Positions 26,245-38,712 of a DNA stretch of 64,000 bases are shown here, in pieces. How positions within the stretch are numbered: position 1 is the stretch's first letter; the number at the start of each line of letters is the position of its first letter. Position numbers and translations under genes: made by a program. Origin of the DNA: Octopus sinensis. Taxonomy: Eukaryota. Below the pieces are notes generated by a model. It was given only the letters and a program-made list of their open reading frames with translations, had not been told where the DNA came from and did not search any database. Where the stretch lies: positions 81,468,001-81,532,000 of the forward strand of contig NC_042998.1 in assembly GCF_006345805.1 (NCBI RefSeq), in the 5' to 3' direction.

Positions 26245-26466
26245 ATTATTTCATAAAACTTTGCCACAAAGGCATCAGAGAGAGGGGACAAACAAGGACA
26301 GACAATCATAAAAATGGTGAAGTAGCTTTTACGAATGAATTGAAATTATCATGAATATAATTTTTTTTTTGTTAAATAATGATAGACATTGTTTTACACA
26401 ATGTGGTGCCTGAAGGAAAGGCGTCCAACCTCCAGGGAAGAACCTTAGCTTTTTCCGGGGTTCCCC

Positions 26467-27101
26467 TTACATGATGTCAATCACTCCCAGCTTTCTTACT
26501 ACAAGCTTCCATCTTTTTCTGAATCTCTCTCGTGACAGGTGCCTCTTCTCCAGTCTGATCTTACTATTGAGGTGGTAACTAAAAAAAGTTGACCATCCCT
26601 TGGCCGGATACAGAGGTACCCGTCACAATTCTTTTTACACGTGTGTTCCATACCGTTTCTTTTAATACGGCTACAACTCAGAAAAAACAGACCTTCCTCT
26701 CCTCGGTAATGGAAGGAGGCGGCACAATCTCGATGATGGGCTCAGCTGATAGCTGTAGTGTTCCCATCGATGCCAACAGTTGTTCTGTGAAAACTGTCAG
26801 TCCCTTTAATTCCGGACATTCCACAAATGCGTGCAAGACGGTTTCCCAGTCCTGTCCGCACTTCGGACATGTCGGTGAGACGTCACTTCCGTGCTTTGAT
26901 AGTTTGTCACGAACAGGTAACGCCGCACGAAAGCACTGCCAAGCCAGGGATTTCTGGTAATTATCCAGATACCCCGGCTAGAACGTTCTCCTGAATAGGT
27001 TGACCAACTGATTTTCATCGTAGCCTAATGTCTCCCCTAAGGCGTCTTCTGACATAAATCCCACCATCCCACTATAAAACCCGCGGTGGAACTCCCACAG
27101 G
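26467..27101 (-). pseudogene. Tx1 ORF2 C-terminal region
   Basis: YQKSLAWQCFRAALPVRDKL..TCPKCGQDWETVLHAFVECP..LKETVWNTR; internal stops. Confidence 0.85.
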
Positions 27102-27373
27102 CCACCTTCAAGGTCCACATAGACTGTACTTGTCTGCAGACAAGCCTTTTCGGATGGGTACTAATACGCCCCCTCGACCTCCGGTCTGGCTAGGAGACAT
27201 GATTTTCTCATAGCCATTAAGGAAGGCGAGAAGGTTTATAGACTGTCCAGCTTAGTCTCTTTAGCAACCATCACATGTATATCATGTGATCTGAGATCGT
27301 CGAGGAAACAGGCCTGCTTCCACTTCGAGCTCAGACCACGCATATTCAAGCACCCCAAGTTAAGCAAAGCCAT
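27102..27373 (-). pseudogene. Tx1 ORF2 N-terminus (start of APE), fused directly to the C-terminal region
   Basis: MALLNLGCLNMRGLSSKWKQACFLDDLRSHDIHVMVAKETKL. Confidence 0.85.
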
Positions 27374-27492
27374 AAAACAAGGGGAAAACAGCAAAGGTTC
27401 TATTTACCCTTGACTGGTGATGTCGTGGCTGACCTCAGCACAGGTGGGGCAGCCCCTTCCGTCTCCTTCTTTTTTAAGTACCTTTAAGTACT

Positions 27493-27948
27493 CTAGCCAG
27501 ACCGGAGGTCGTGAGGGGCTTAGTAGTACTTAGTAGTGTCTGCAGACAAGTACAGTCGATGTGAACCTTGAAGGTGGGTTGGTCGTCCTTGATATGACAC
27601 ACAGCGATAAGGCCTTCAGGTTGATCGGAATCTACGCACCCTGTGCTAGAGGATCGCAAACTGATTTTTATCGGCGTCTGGAGAACATTCTCGTAACGTC
27701 GAAGACACTAGTGGTGTTAGGAGACTACAACGCTATTGTTTACGCACGCATCGATAGCGTAGGCTCGATCGAGAGGAAAGTGAACTCACGTCTCCTATAT
27801 CTGCTTAAGAGACTTCAGCTAGCAGATCGGTACAGGTTTAACCATCCGAACGTCCCAGAGTGGACTTGGATGAGTGGCGACGGAAGGTTCAAAACTTACT
27901 GAGATAGGATAGTGATAAGAACTAGAGATAAAGCTAGCTTTAGCTGTT
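27493..27948 (+). pseudogene. Inverted internal segment of the Tx1 APE domain
   Basis: EGGLVVLDM..FRLIGIYAP..LVVLGDYNA..LADRYR..WTW..KTY*DRIVI on the plus strand, opposite to the rest of the element. Confidence 0.85.
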
Positions 27949-27949
27949 C

Positions 27950-29055
27950 AGGGCTTGTGCAGGGTCGCCATCGTTCTAATGAGTTTAGGACGCCTCTCTT
28001 TCAGTTGCCTGTATAGTGTTTCCCCTATCCAGGCACACCTCTCTTTCATATCCCTATGTTGCGGGAAAAGTTCCGTCGTATGGTGATTTGTAATGACCTC
28101 CTCCAAATAGCTGTCTTTTGTAATATATACTCAATCAGTATTTTTTCTTCTGTTTTTAATTTACTTGGGCCGATGGGGTGGTTTTTTTGTTGTGTGATGA
28201 GGTGCTGTTGTTTTCTTTTGTGGGGGATGTAGGTGGGGAAGGCACCTGCGTTCGTTTCCGAACTGTCGTAAACCCCCCAATACTGTCCTTTTTTTCTTTT
28301 TTTCTTCTTCATTTTGCTTCCTTACTTCACAATTCAAACGAAAGTGGTCCTTCTTTCCACATTAATAACAGGTGAGTTTCTTCCCTTCCACCTGTGTCCG
28401 AGGGGCCACATTCTCCCCCAAGAGTACTCGATCCGGAAGCATTTCAATATCTTCCGGTGGCCCTTGAATGTCAACTGAAATGCTCTGTCCCAGCCAGTTC
28501 TGGGGTTCAGAGCATGTAATTTGTAGGAACTTAATTTTCTCCTGCATGTTAAGCAATAGTGCAGCCATCACCTCCCTTGGATCGACTTCTGGTGGCCCTT
28601 CTGTCACCTTTGCACGGGAAGTGCGCCTCCCCATGTACGTTGATAGAACTGCTATCTCTTCAGTTATCCGAGGACTCACCAAGTACCCGTGGACCAATTC
28701 TTCAGTTCTGAATCGCACCTCTATGGACACAAGCAATATCTTTCCACACAGGGGTCAGACACTTTTCAATTTTTTCCCTGTCCAAATGCCGGAATCTTTT
28801 ATGTTCTGTGCAGAACAATTTGAATAACACAGTTCTTTTTGTCTGTATTTTGTTGGAAGCGGGCGATATCTTAATGTCACTGTCCCCTTCCGACATTCTC
28901 TTGAAATATTCCTCTAGTTTTTCTAGAGGAATATTAATTGTCTCTGTTGCAACAGCTGCAACAGCCGCAAACTTCTTAGCAGTGGTAGAACCATTGCCAC
29001 CACTGACTCCTCTATCTTCGAAGGTACATTTCTCTCTGATAATTTCGACCGACAT
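27950..29055 (-). pseudogene. Tx1 ORF1 (gag-like), frameshifted
   Basis: MSVEIIREK...; CCHC knuckle TCY*CGKKDHFRLNC near 28360-28330; last ORF1 codons separated at 27400-27490. Confidence 0.75.
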
Positions 29056-29395
29056 ACTCGGCCGAAATTAACAAAGTCAGAAACAAAACAGAAAATATAT
29101 TTTTTCTAGCGAGGATATTGTTTCATGTCCTACCCCCACTGTGGGCAGGGTTCGGTGTAAAACTTTGCACCGGTTTAACAATAATTCGTTTAGACAACAA
29201 GAAACAAATGCATCACTTCGACAAAAGTGGAAGCCTATAATAATAGTTCAGAAAAAACGCAAGATAGCTTCTACGAAGCCTAACAAAAGATAGTAGTTCT
29301 AATCTCCTCCTCCACTTAGAGTCGGAGCACAACCAAAAGTCTACAACGGGTTAATAAAGTTCAGTTTTTTTCCACAAAAAATGTTAAAAAATATA

Positions 29396-30589
29396 CAGTG
29401 GGGGGGGGGGTTATAAATATTCGTACATGTCAAACTTCTTTATTTATCTAATTTCTAATGAACATAAATGGGATATACCAATACTATATTTGCATACACA
29501 TGCATAAACTAAGAATATGCAAAAGAAACTAATAAATTATAGGTACTAAGGAATTTATATACAATTATAAATATTTAGGGGTGAAAAAAGTATTCGTAAA
29601 GAACATAAATAACTGATAATTCTGATTTAATACTTCGTAGCATAACCATTATTCACTTCTATTTCAACCAATCTCTTCTTGTAGTTCTTAATCAATGACT
29701 CGCATGTTTCTTTAGGAATTTTTTCCCATTCTTCTTGACAAATTTTCTTCAAATCTGCAATGCACGTTGGGGCTCTTGAATGAATTTTAATTTTCAAATA
29801 ACGCCGCAAATTTTCAATGTTCATAAACAAATTTTAAACGGGCATCTCTATGCCTTTTAGTCAACAGCGGAGTTTTTCTGGGAGAGCGTAACTTCAGTTC
29901 ATTCCTATGAATTTCATTGCTGATTGTTCGTAGAGTAACACTAGTCCCTGAAGCTAACAAATCTTCTTGCAACTCCTTTCTGGTGATTATTGCGTTTTTT
30001 TTTTATTCTTCACTTCATTTTTCTTAAAGATCTAGGGGAAATCTTGCATGGTGCACTGGATCTTATTCTGTTTTCAACAGTTCCCGATTTTTTATATCTT
30101 GGAATAAATGAAGATATGGTAGAAAATGGAATACAAAAGGTCTCTGATATTTTCTTGCAACTTTTACCTGCTTTCCACTGTTCAATAATTAAGTTTTTCG
30201 CTGTATTTGTGAGTTCTTTACTTTTCGCCATTATTACGATACTACTTTATGTTGTCTCAGTGCTGAATGAAGAAGCTAGCGTTTTGACACTTAAAAATGA
30301 CAACTGATAAGATTATTGGAACAAACGAGAAAGTTCTAGTTAAGAAAAATTATTTTAACAGTATTTTGTGGCATAGAAAATCACAAATTTATTCTGTACG
30401 AATACTTTTTCACCCCTAAATATTTATGATTGTATATAAATTCCTTAGTTACTATAATTTATTAGTTTCTTTTGCATATTCTTAGTTTATGCATGTGTAT
30501 GCAAATATAGTATTTGTATATTCCATTTATGTTCATTAAAAATTAAATAAAGAATTTTGACATGTACGAATATCTATTTCCCCCCACTG
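29396..30589 (-). mobile_element. Tc1-family IR/DR transposon, deletion derivative
   Basis: TA|CAGTGGGG...CCCCACTG|TA; ~200-bp inverted repeats with inner and outer direct repeats (atattcgtac/gtattcgta); transposase MAKSKEL..RDARLKFV fused near 29825 to NIENL..NGYATKY*, so the first two catalytic Asp residues are absent. Confidence 0.93.
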
Positions 30590-30821
30590 TATCTTAACTT
30601 CCCGCTCTGGGAGGCGTCACAAAAAAATCACAAGTAATAATCCAAATAAAAGAGACAGTTTAGACAGGTACTAAACGCAGAAAACAGGTAATCCAGAGAA
30701 CGAAAAATGCACGTCTGACTAGCTGAGACACAAACAGGAAGTATCCTAAACGGAAGTCAGCAACTTGGGTAAGCAAACTACTTACCACACAGTCACTCGT
30801 GCGCCTATATAATAAATTTTA

Positions 30822-31023
30822 CTGTTTTTTCTTTACTTGTTTCAGTTACAAGACTGCGGCCATGCTGCAGCACCACCTTGAAGTATATTATTCAAATGAA
30901 TCGACTGATTTTTAATAGAATGCCTAGTACTTATTCTAATGGATTCTTTTGCCGAACCGCTTAGTTACGTGGACTTAAATACACCAACACCGGTTGTTAA
31001 ACAGTAGTGGAGGACAAACCCAG

Positions 31024-31071
<48 letters not shown>

Positions 31072-31197
31072 ACACAATCACACACGCATACTTACATATA
31101 TATACAACGGGCTTTTTTCAGATTCCCTCTAACAAATCACCTCACAAGACGTTGGTCGACCCAAGGCTATAGTAAATGACACTTACTCAAGGTGCTT
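30822..31197 (-). mobile_element. SINE family B, head missing
   Basis: Tail ttgtttcagt..gactgcggccatgctgcagcaccacc; (CA)n; acttactcaaggtgc CORE-like. Confidence 0.85.
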
Positions 31198-31255
31198 CTT
31201 AACACCCACCCACGCCTTTGCCTATATATGTTTAGCAATATACATTTATATGAAA

Positions 31256-31472
31256 GGCAGTGAGTTAGCAGAAACGTTAGCACATCGGGCGAAATTCTTT
31301 GCGGTATTTCGTCTGTCTTTACGTTCTGGGTTCAAATTCCGGCGAGGTCGACTTTGGATTTCACCCTTTCGGGGTTAATAAATTAAGTACCAGTTGCGTA
31401 TTGGGGTAGATTTAATCGACTGCCCCCCACTCCATCAAAATTTCGGTTCTCGTAGCTAGAGTAGAAAAGAAT
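31256..31472 (+). mobile_element. SINE family A (alternative tail)
   Basis: ggcagtgagttagcagaaacgttagc..gggttcaaattcc..ctagagtagaaaagaat. Confidence 0.87.
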
Positions 31473-31579
31473 ATATGTTTATATAAAACCATATGGAGTG
31501 AGTATCCTGTTGAGATCATTTTAGGAAATTTAGTTCCGATTTTTAGTGAGTCGGATGATGGCATAGAAGCTCTTACTCT

Positions 31580-31839
31580 TTTACTCTTTTACTTGTTTCA
31601 GTCATTTGACTGTGGCCATGCTGGAGCACCACCTTTAGTCGAGCAAATCGACCCCAGGACTTATTCTTTGGATGCCTAGTACTTATTCTATTAGTCTCTT
31701 TTGCCGAACCGCTAAGTTACGGGTACGTAAACACACCACCATCGGTTATCAAGTGATGCTGGAGGGACAAACACAGACACACAAACATATACACACACCA
31801 CACACACACACACATATATATATAATTATATATATATAT

Positions 31840-31875
<36 letters not shown>

Positions 31876-32020
31876 CGATGGGCTTCTTTCAGTTTCCGTC
31901 TACCAAATCCCCTCACAAGGCTTTGGTCAGCACAAGGCTATACTAGAAGACACTTGCCCAAGGTGCCACGGAACCATGTGGTTCGTAAGCAAGCTACTTA
32001 CCACACAGCCACTCCTACGC
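31580..32020 (-). mobile_element. SINE family B, near full length
   Basis: All modules present; head ggcgtaggagtggctgtgtggtaag. Confidence 0.9.
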
Positions 32021-32395
32021 CTATCTCAGTTTTTTTTATGTTACTTGGTTTATGGTAATAGTGGGCAGACGTGAACTGACAAGCTATTGAGTTTAAATCG
32101 ATCAATAGATATGCTATCAGTATATGTATGACAATGTGCATCCTGTTTAGAGAGGATTTTAGCCATGGTCCGTCGGTCATGCTGTTTTTGCGTGTAGACT
32201 TATTTGTTTTTATAAGGATGATAAATTTTACAGGAAGACATTTTAATGGTTCGCTAGTCGCTTGCTGTCTCTATTGTTTTAGGTTGCGAGGTGCGGCTTC
32301 TGTTTAGTTGTCCTGTTATTGTCTACGTAGCTATTTCAATTTCCTTGACAAATTCTAATGTGAGTGTATGTGTGCGTATGTGTGTGCATGCGTGA

Positions 32396-32445
<50 letters not shown>

Positions 32446-32662
32446 GTGTGTGTTTGTCAGTGTATAGGTGTGGTCAGGCTTAGTTGATTTGAATTAGAAA
32501 TTTTTCATTCAAATCTCAAAAATGTCAGTTTTATTTCTTTCATTATTATACTGTTGGTCGTTTATGTTTTTGAGTGCCTTGGGACAGGGAAATATGAGCA
32601 TGATTACTTTTTGCACATAAAATTCTGTATATGATACTCAAATAGAACATATATATATATGC

Positions 32663-32702
<40 letters not shown>

Positions 32703-33001
32703 TATATATATATAATATATATAATATATACATGTACAGCACACGCACACATCTTATGCGTGCTTGTTTTACGACATTTTTTTATTACATGTTTGGGCAT
32801 TGATATTTTCTTTAAAAAATTTGAATTGTTAATGACATATCTTTCGTAATGTATTTTTTCATTCCTCGTTAATTACACACACACACACACACACACACAT
32901 ACATGAATGTGTGCGCGTGCGCGTGTTTGTGCGTGTGTATGTGTGTGAATGAATATATATATATATATATATACCTGCATGCATACATACATACATACAT
33001 G

Positions 33002-33042
<41 letters not shown>

Positions 33043-33089
33043 ATATATATATATATATTATATATATATGTATACATGTATATACTTTT

Positions 33090-33410
33090 ACTTATCTTCT
33101 TTTACTTGCTTCAATCATTTGACTGCGGCCTAGTACTCATTCAATCGGTTGTTTTGTCGGACCACTAAGTTGCGGGGACGTAAACACACCGACATCGGTT
33201 GTCAAGCCATTGCGGGGTACTAACAAAAGCACACACACACACACACATAAATAATACGACAGGCTTCTTTCAGTTTCCGTCTACCAAATCCACCCATAAG
33301 GCTTTCTTCGGTCAGAGGTTATAGTAGAAGGCACTTGCCCAAGATGCCACGCTGTGGAACTGTACCTGGCAACATGTGGTTGGGAAGCAAGCTTCTTACC
33401 ACACAGCCAC
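33090..33410 (-). mobile_element. SINE family B with internal deletion
   Basis: Tail, CORE-like domain and head recognisable. Confidence 0.85.
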
Positions 33411-33669
33411 ATATATATATTTCCCGTGTCCGTCTCGTAACGTTCTCTAAACATCCATATTGTAAGTCTCTCCTCCTAATGGCAACTTTCGTTTTTACTA
33501 TTTATAACAATGTTACACTAGATACAACTATACACGATCTCATGGAACGCCCGCCCGGTCTCATAAACCTGTGAACCTGTGTGTCCGTCTCCTATTAAAT
33601 CTCTTCCTCTCTCTGTCTCTCGTTAAACAAGAGTATTTTTCTCTCTCTGTCTCCCTCTGTAAATATATA

Positions 33670-33704
<35 letters not shown>

Positions 33705-34099
33705 ACTGTATATGCGTAAGATATTTGAATAACTTTATCAAAAAATGGTATGAGGATAAAAATAAACCTTCTTTTCTATCATTCAACCACAGTTGAAAAT
33801 ATTCTTAAGTCCACCATTTCGTCAATCGCAGCAGCTTCTAAGCTTCACCACTAATTCAGTTCTCAACTAAATTGCAAACTGTTAATAGTTTTAAAGAGGA
33901 TACCTCCTCAGTTTACACTTTGGCATAAATAGTTTAAGATTTGGTTCAGTAGAAAAACAGTTCTGAAGTAAAATATTACGAAATTTTATGTCAGTAACTA
34001 AGGAAGTGAGTAACGCTTAAGTAATAAGAATAAAGAATATATGTCTGTCTTGGCACAGAAAGCTGGGGTTAGTTTTTCGGATTGCATTTACACTGAAGG

Positions 34100-34176
34100 A
34101 TTGCACTGATGAAGCCACGGACATTTGAATTATGTAAGTAATTCTTTTGTTAAAGGCCGAAATCGAGGTATGCAAT
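34100..34176 (+). ncRNA. Type I hammerhead H9 (CUGAUGA, site GUA), long stem II with GNRA loop
   Basis: AUUGCA-CUGAUGA-A-GCC..GACA..GAAUUAU(GUAA)GUAAUUC..UGUU..GGC-C-GAAAU-CGAG-GUA-UGCAAU. Confidence 0.82.
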
Positions 34177-34358
34177 TAATTCTGTTTTTTATATAAATTT
34201 TCATCTGTCCTGCCCGCCAAATTTGGTTCTGGTGTTCGCTGAATTTTTCCTCTAGAGAACTTCCTTTGTAGTTTGATCGTTGATGATCTATTTCTAGCAT
34301 ACGGCCGACTACCTAGCAGTCTTGCCCTGCCAATACACACACACACACACACACACAC

Positions 34359-34393
<35 letters not shown>

Positions 34394-35596
34394 TTATTTA
34401 TTTATTTATATATATCAAATGAACTCCCTTAGCCTTTTATTAAGTCGTTCATTCCTTTAATTGGCCCGGTATTAATGATGATTTCACCCGATGAAATGGG
34501 AGATTAAGATGAAATTGACTAATCCTTTGGCTTATTTAAAAACTATGATTAGTGTGGGAAGAATATCTCAGATGCGTGGATTTATTAGTTAAAAATGAAT
34601 AAAATTTTCTTTCGTTACATATCAGAAGCATCATTATGGCAATAATATATAATTGCACTGGTTCTATTTCACTTCTTTCGATTGTTTGATAAATCTTTCG
34701 GTCAATCATTTAGATTTCTCTAAGTATCTTTGTCGATATTTGCGACCATATCAATGATATGCTCTCTCAAGTTCACGTCTCCTTCAGGTCTAATAATCGA
34801 TTAACTAATTGGTTAAATAGTTAATCACTTGATAAATAATAAAGTGAAATAGAACCAGTGCATGTATTTTATTATTGGCTTAATGGCCCTCTCCTGATAC
34901 AACAAACTTTGTTTCAACACATGAACACACATCATGAATCTTGCAAACAAATACAAAGGAAAACCTATGGTCGAAGTTGTCCCAGGCGTGAAAACACATG
35001 ACTGTGTTGTTAAGAAACTAATTTTGCTTCCACGTGGTTTTGAGCTGTATTTTCCGGAGTACGGAAGTTTTGTGAAAAAAGAGCAAAAGGAAAAAAGAAA
35101 CATTGCTTATTATGGTTCTTTATACAACTGTTGAAAGTTACCTGGAAGTGGTTTTGTGAGAGAAAATTATGGCTCTGTGCGTGTAAATACGATATTCAAA
35201 TGTCATATTAGACGAATGCATTAAATCACAAAATGTAGCTTTATATCAACCTTGAAATGAAACTAAATTAAATTTGCCATAACAAAAAGAATATATACTG
35301 GTATCAATGAATATTCGTACATGGAAACAAAAGCAAATATATTGGTAATAACTGGTACAAAACAATCTGGAAAATCTGCAAATGTAAATGAACTTCTATA
35401 GTTGGTTACATTCCATGCAGACAAAGCAAAAATCCAATCAATATTAGCACGCTGCAAGCAACAGAAAAATAACTGAATTCTTTATAACAGAAACTAGAAT
35501 TTTGGTGAACATTATTGGATACTGTAAATAGTAAATAGAAAATAAAATACAATAGGATGAAATAAAATAAAATAGAATAAAATGACCGAATCATAG

Positions 35597-36200
35597 GCAC
35601 AGGCATGGCTGTCTGGTTAAGAATGTTGCTTTGTAACCTCGTGGATTCGGTCCAGGTTCAGTGCACGGCTCCTTGGACAAGTGTATTCTACTATAGCCCC
35701 CGAAGCTATTAATAATTTGGTAGACGGAAACCATGTGGAAGCTCGACGGCGGAGATGGGGGACGGTTTCCTCTCGCTAACGATATGTACACGAGTGCTTG
35801 TCTCCACCACAAATCTATATGAGAAGTTCTTTCATGGTAACCAGTACACTATTCTGAATTCGAACACATCCACTTTTAAAAGGGGATAAATACTACCTTT
35901 CGGTATTAGTACTGCTTCAGTCGTTATTAATTACACACACACACACACACGCACACGCGTGTGTGTTTGTGCGTATGTTATGTGTGTGTAAGTGTGTGTG
36001 TGTTGTGTTTTTGTGTTTGTTTTCCACCTCCCCCCACTGCTTGACTACCGCTGTTGTTTTGTTAGCTAAGAGTTTAAAAAGATAAAAGAAACAAAACAAA
36101 AAAAAAAAATCCGTATTGGCGCCAATGTTTTCGACTAAACTCTTCAGGGTGGCGACGCAACGTGGATGTAGTCCAATGTCTGAAATAATAAACAAAAGGT
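35597..36200 (+). mobile_element. Old, interrupted SINE family B copy
   Basis: Diverged head at 35597-35750 and diverged tail at 36010-36200. Confidence 0.6.
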
Positions 36201-38044
36201 AAAATCTTGTTCAATTGTCATCCACAAAATAGAAGTTCATCATTTCCAGACGGTAAATCTGCATTACCCCAAAACCCGAAATTTCATTCTGATTGTTCAC
36301 ATCCATATTAACAGAAATCACTGGAATTCTCCGCAAGAGGAGCATTTTTTAAAATATCTTTATCAAACTTATCTTCAAATTCAACATAGAATATACTGAA
36401 AATTAACTCTTATCATTTTCCCTACTGACAATCCGAAGGCCAAAATCCTAAAAAAATGTTCACTTCTATTTTTTTTTTTTGTATCATGGAAATCTACGAA
36501 CATTTTACCAACTCCGCTGTGTAATAGTAAACCTCTTCCTTGTAACTTTTGGTGTCACTTTAAAATCTAAAGATTGCATTCATTATCACATGAATACCTT
36601 AAACGGTTAATTGAGGTCCCCTCACATTACTGCTAAATGGGTTACTAGTTCTCCAAATTTCATCTTAAGTTTTATGAGCTCGAAACAAATTAATAAAGCT
36701 TATTTTAAAACTGACCAAGATTGATCAGGTTTATTTTGCAACTCACCATGTTGCCTGGAACATACTTTATCAAGTCACAATTTAATTTCTCTCTCATTCA
36801 CACATCCTTTACAATAGACTTGGAATTAAATGCGTATTATTTCTCGAGGCAATGTGTTTCGTTTCAAAATCAGGAAAGATAGTGGTTTTATGCTATCAGC
36901 GCCCCTCGTGCTACTATACAACTGTATACATTTTCATGGCAACATTTTAAGTTACAAATTTAACACTCTCCGATATTATTGAACTGTTTGGTGGGATTAT
37001 CAGATATCAAACGGACTTCGTCCACATATGATATCTATAAAAGTTCAAAATTACCTTATGAACTTACACTAATCACTTGCTTGCGAAACTTAATGATTTT
37101 GCCTTCGTATTCACGGAGGGTATATTTTGTTCTTACCATTATACAGAAATAATTCTCCTCACAAATCTAGAAAACAATGATGTTGGTCCACTAACGTCGA
37201 TTGTTTTAAATATTGGATGGTCTATAATAATTTTAGCCAATACTGAAAAGCTCAAACTGTGGTGGTCTAAAAGCCATGTTTTAAAATTTCCTTCTAATTC
37301 TTTACAATTCCCTTAAACGGTGTTTCCTAAGTTAAGCTGCTGTCAGTTGCTCTTCTTGTTTGCTCCAACTCCTAAACACTTCCCCGGTTGGTGGGGGACC
37401 AAAATACTAAGCAGTACTTGCGCGCGCGCGCGCGCGTGTGTGTAAACACAACCCATAGCACAGTTCTTGTGCCATTCACATACGATAAAGATTGAAACAA
37501 AGCTAAGAAAGTTGGTTAATTATTGTTACAGATACTGCAGTCTGTATATCATTGGTAATTTTCTCCCAAGAGAAAAATGAAATATCATAAAAAGTGATTC
37601 AACATCATGTGATAATCTCGAATGACTATTGGTCACACATGTGAGTTAAGTGCAAATGTATACGCACTGGTTTATATCCGCCTTTGCATATGGCAACGCA
37701 AGATATTTCTGGTGTTAGAAAAAATGACAGTCTAACCTTCCTTTATTATGATTAACATATCCGTTTACAGCACATTAATCTCGCACAGACATAGTCAAAC
37801 ACACAGACACACACACGCGCGCACACACGCGCGCACACACACGCGCGCACACACACACACATTCATATATTGCATATGCATACATATATTTATATATGTA
37901 TGCATATATATGTGCATACACAGACATCAACACACGCAAATACCTACATGATTACATATATACGTATACGCGCACGCACATACACACACATATATATACA
38001 TATACATACATATGTATTTTTTCTTTTTTCTTTTTTCTTTTATT

Positions 38045-38246
38045 TGTTTCAGACATTTGACTGTGGCCATGCTGGAGCAGCGCCTTTAATCGGACAAATC
38101 GACCCCAGAACTTATTCTTTGTAAGCCTAGTACTTATTCTATCGGCCTCTTTGCCGAACCGCTAAGTTATAGGGACGTAAACACACCAATATCTGTTGTC
38201 AAGCGATGGTGGGGGGACAAACACACACAGACACACACACATACAG

Positions 38247-38283
<37 letters not shown>

Positions 38284-38572
38284 CACACACACACGTATAC
38301 AAAATGCAAAATGGGACAACAAAACATCCAGATAGACGATACAAAGAAAACAAGAACGAGTCATTTGAAGTTTTCTTTCCTCAGTCAAGTACCAGATTAT
38401 CTTCGCAATTTCGGCTGATTATACAACGGGCTTCTTTCAGTTTCCATCTAGCAAATCCACTCAGAAGGCTTTGTCGGCCCGAGGCTATAGTAGAAGGTGC
38501 CACGCAGTGGGACTGAACCCGGAACCATGTGGTTGGTTATAAGGCTACTTACCACGCAGCCACGCCTGTATA
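38045..38572 (-). mobile_element. SINE family B, full length; a second 5' half follows at 38710-38872
   Basis: All modules present. Confidence 0.9.
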
Positions 38573-38609
38573 CATATATACATATTCATACGTATATATA
38601 TATACGCAT

Positions 38610-38712
<103 letters not shown>

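Larger units (their letters stand above)
26245..30764 (-). mobile_element. Tx1-clade (L1 group) LINE, full-span but internally rearranged and lacking RT; 13-bp TSD; Tc1 inserted in its 5' UTR
   Basis: TSD ttggtaagcaagc (26232-26244) / ttgggtaagcaaac (30765-30778); ORF1 with CCHC knuckle; APE endonuclease; C-terminal CxxC..H..C motif. Confidence 0.85.

Noticed and set aside
31595-31630. SINE B/LINE tail hairpin followed by GAAAC-AA-GUA resembles the 3' half of a hammerhead
   Set aside because: No CUGANGA upstream and no stem I; better explained as the LINE recognition stem-loop.
34934-35134. 66-aa ORF MNLANKYKGK...
   Set aside because: Short, no recognisable domain, no supporting splice structure.
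36200-37320. Complex unique sequence with protein-like stretches in some frames
   Set aside because: Every frame is interrupted and no motif is convincing; cannot call an exon or pseudogene.
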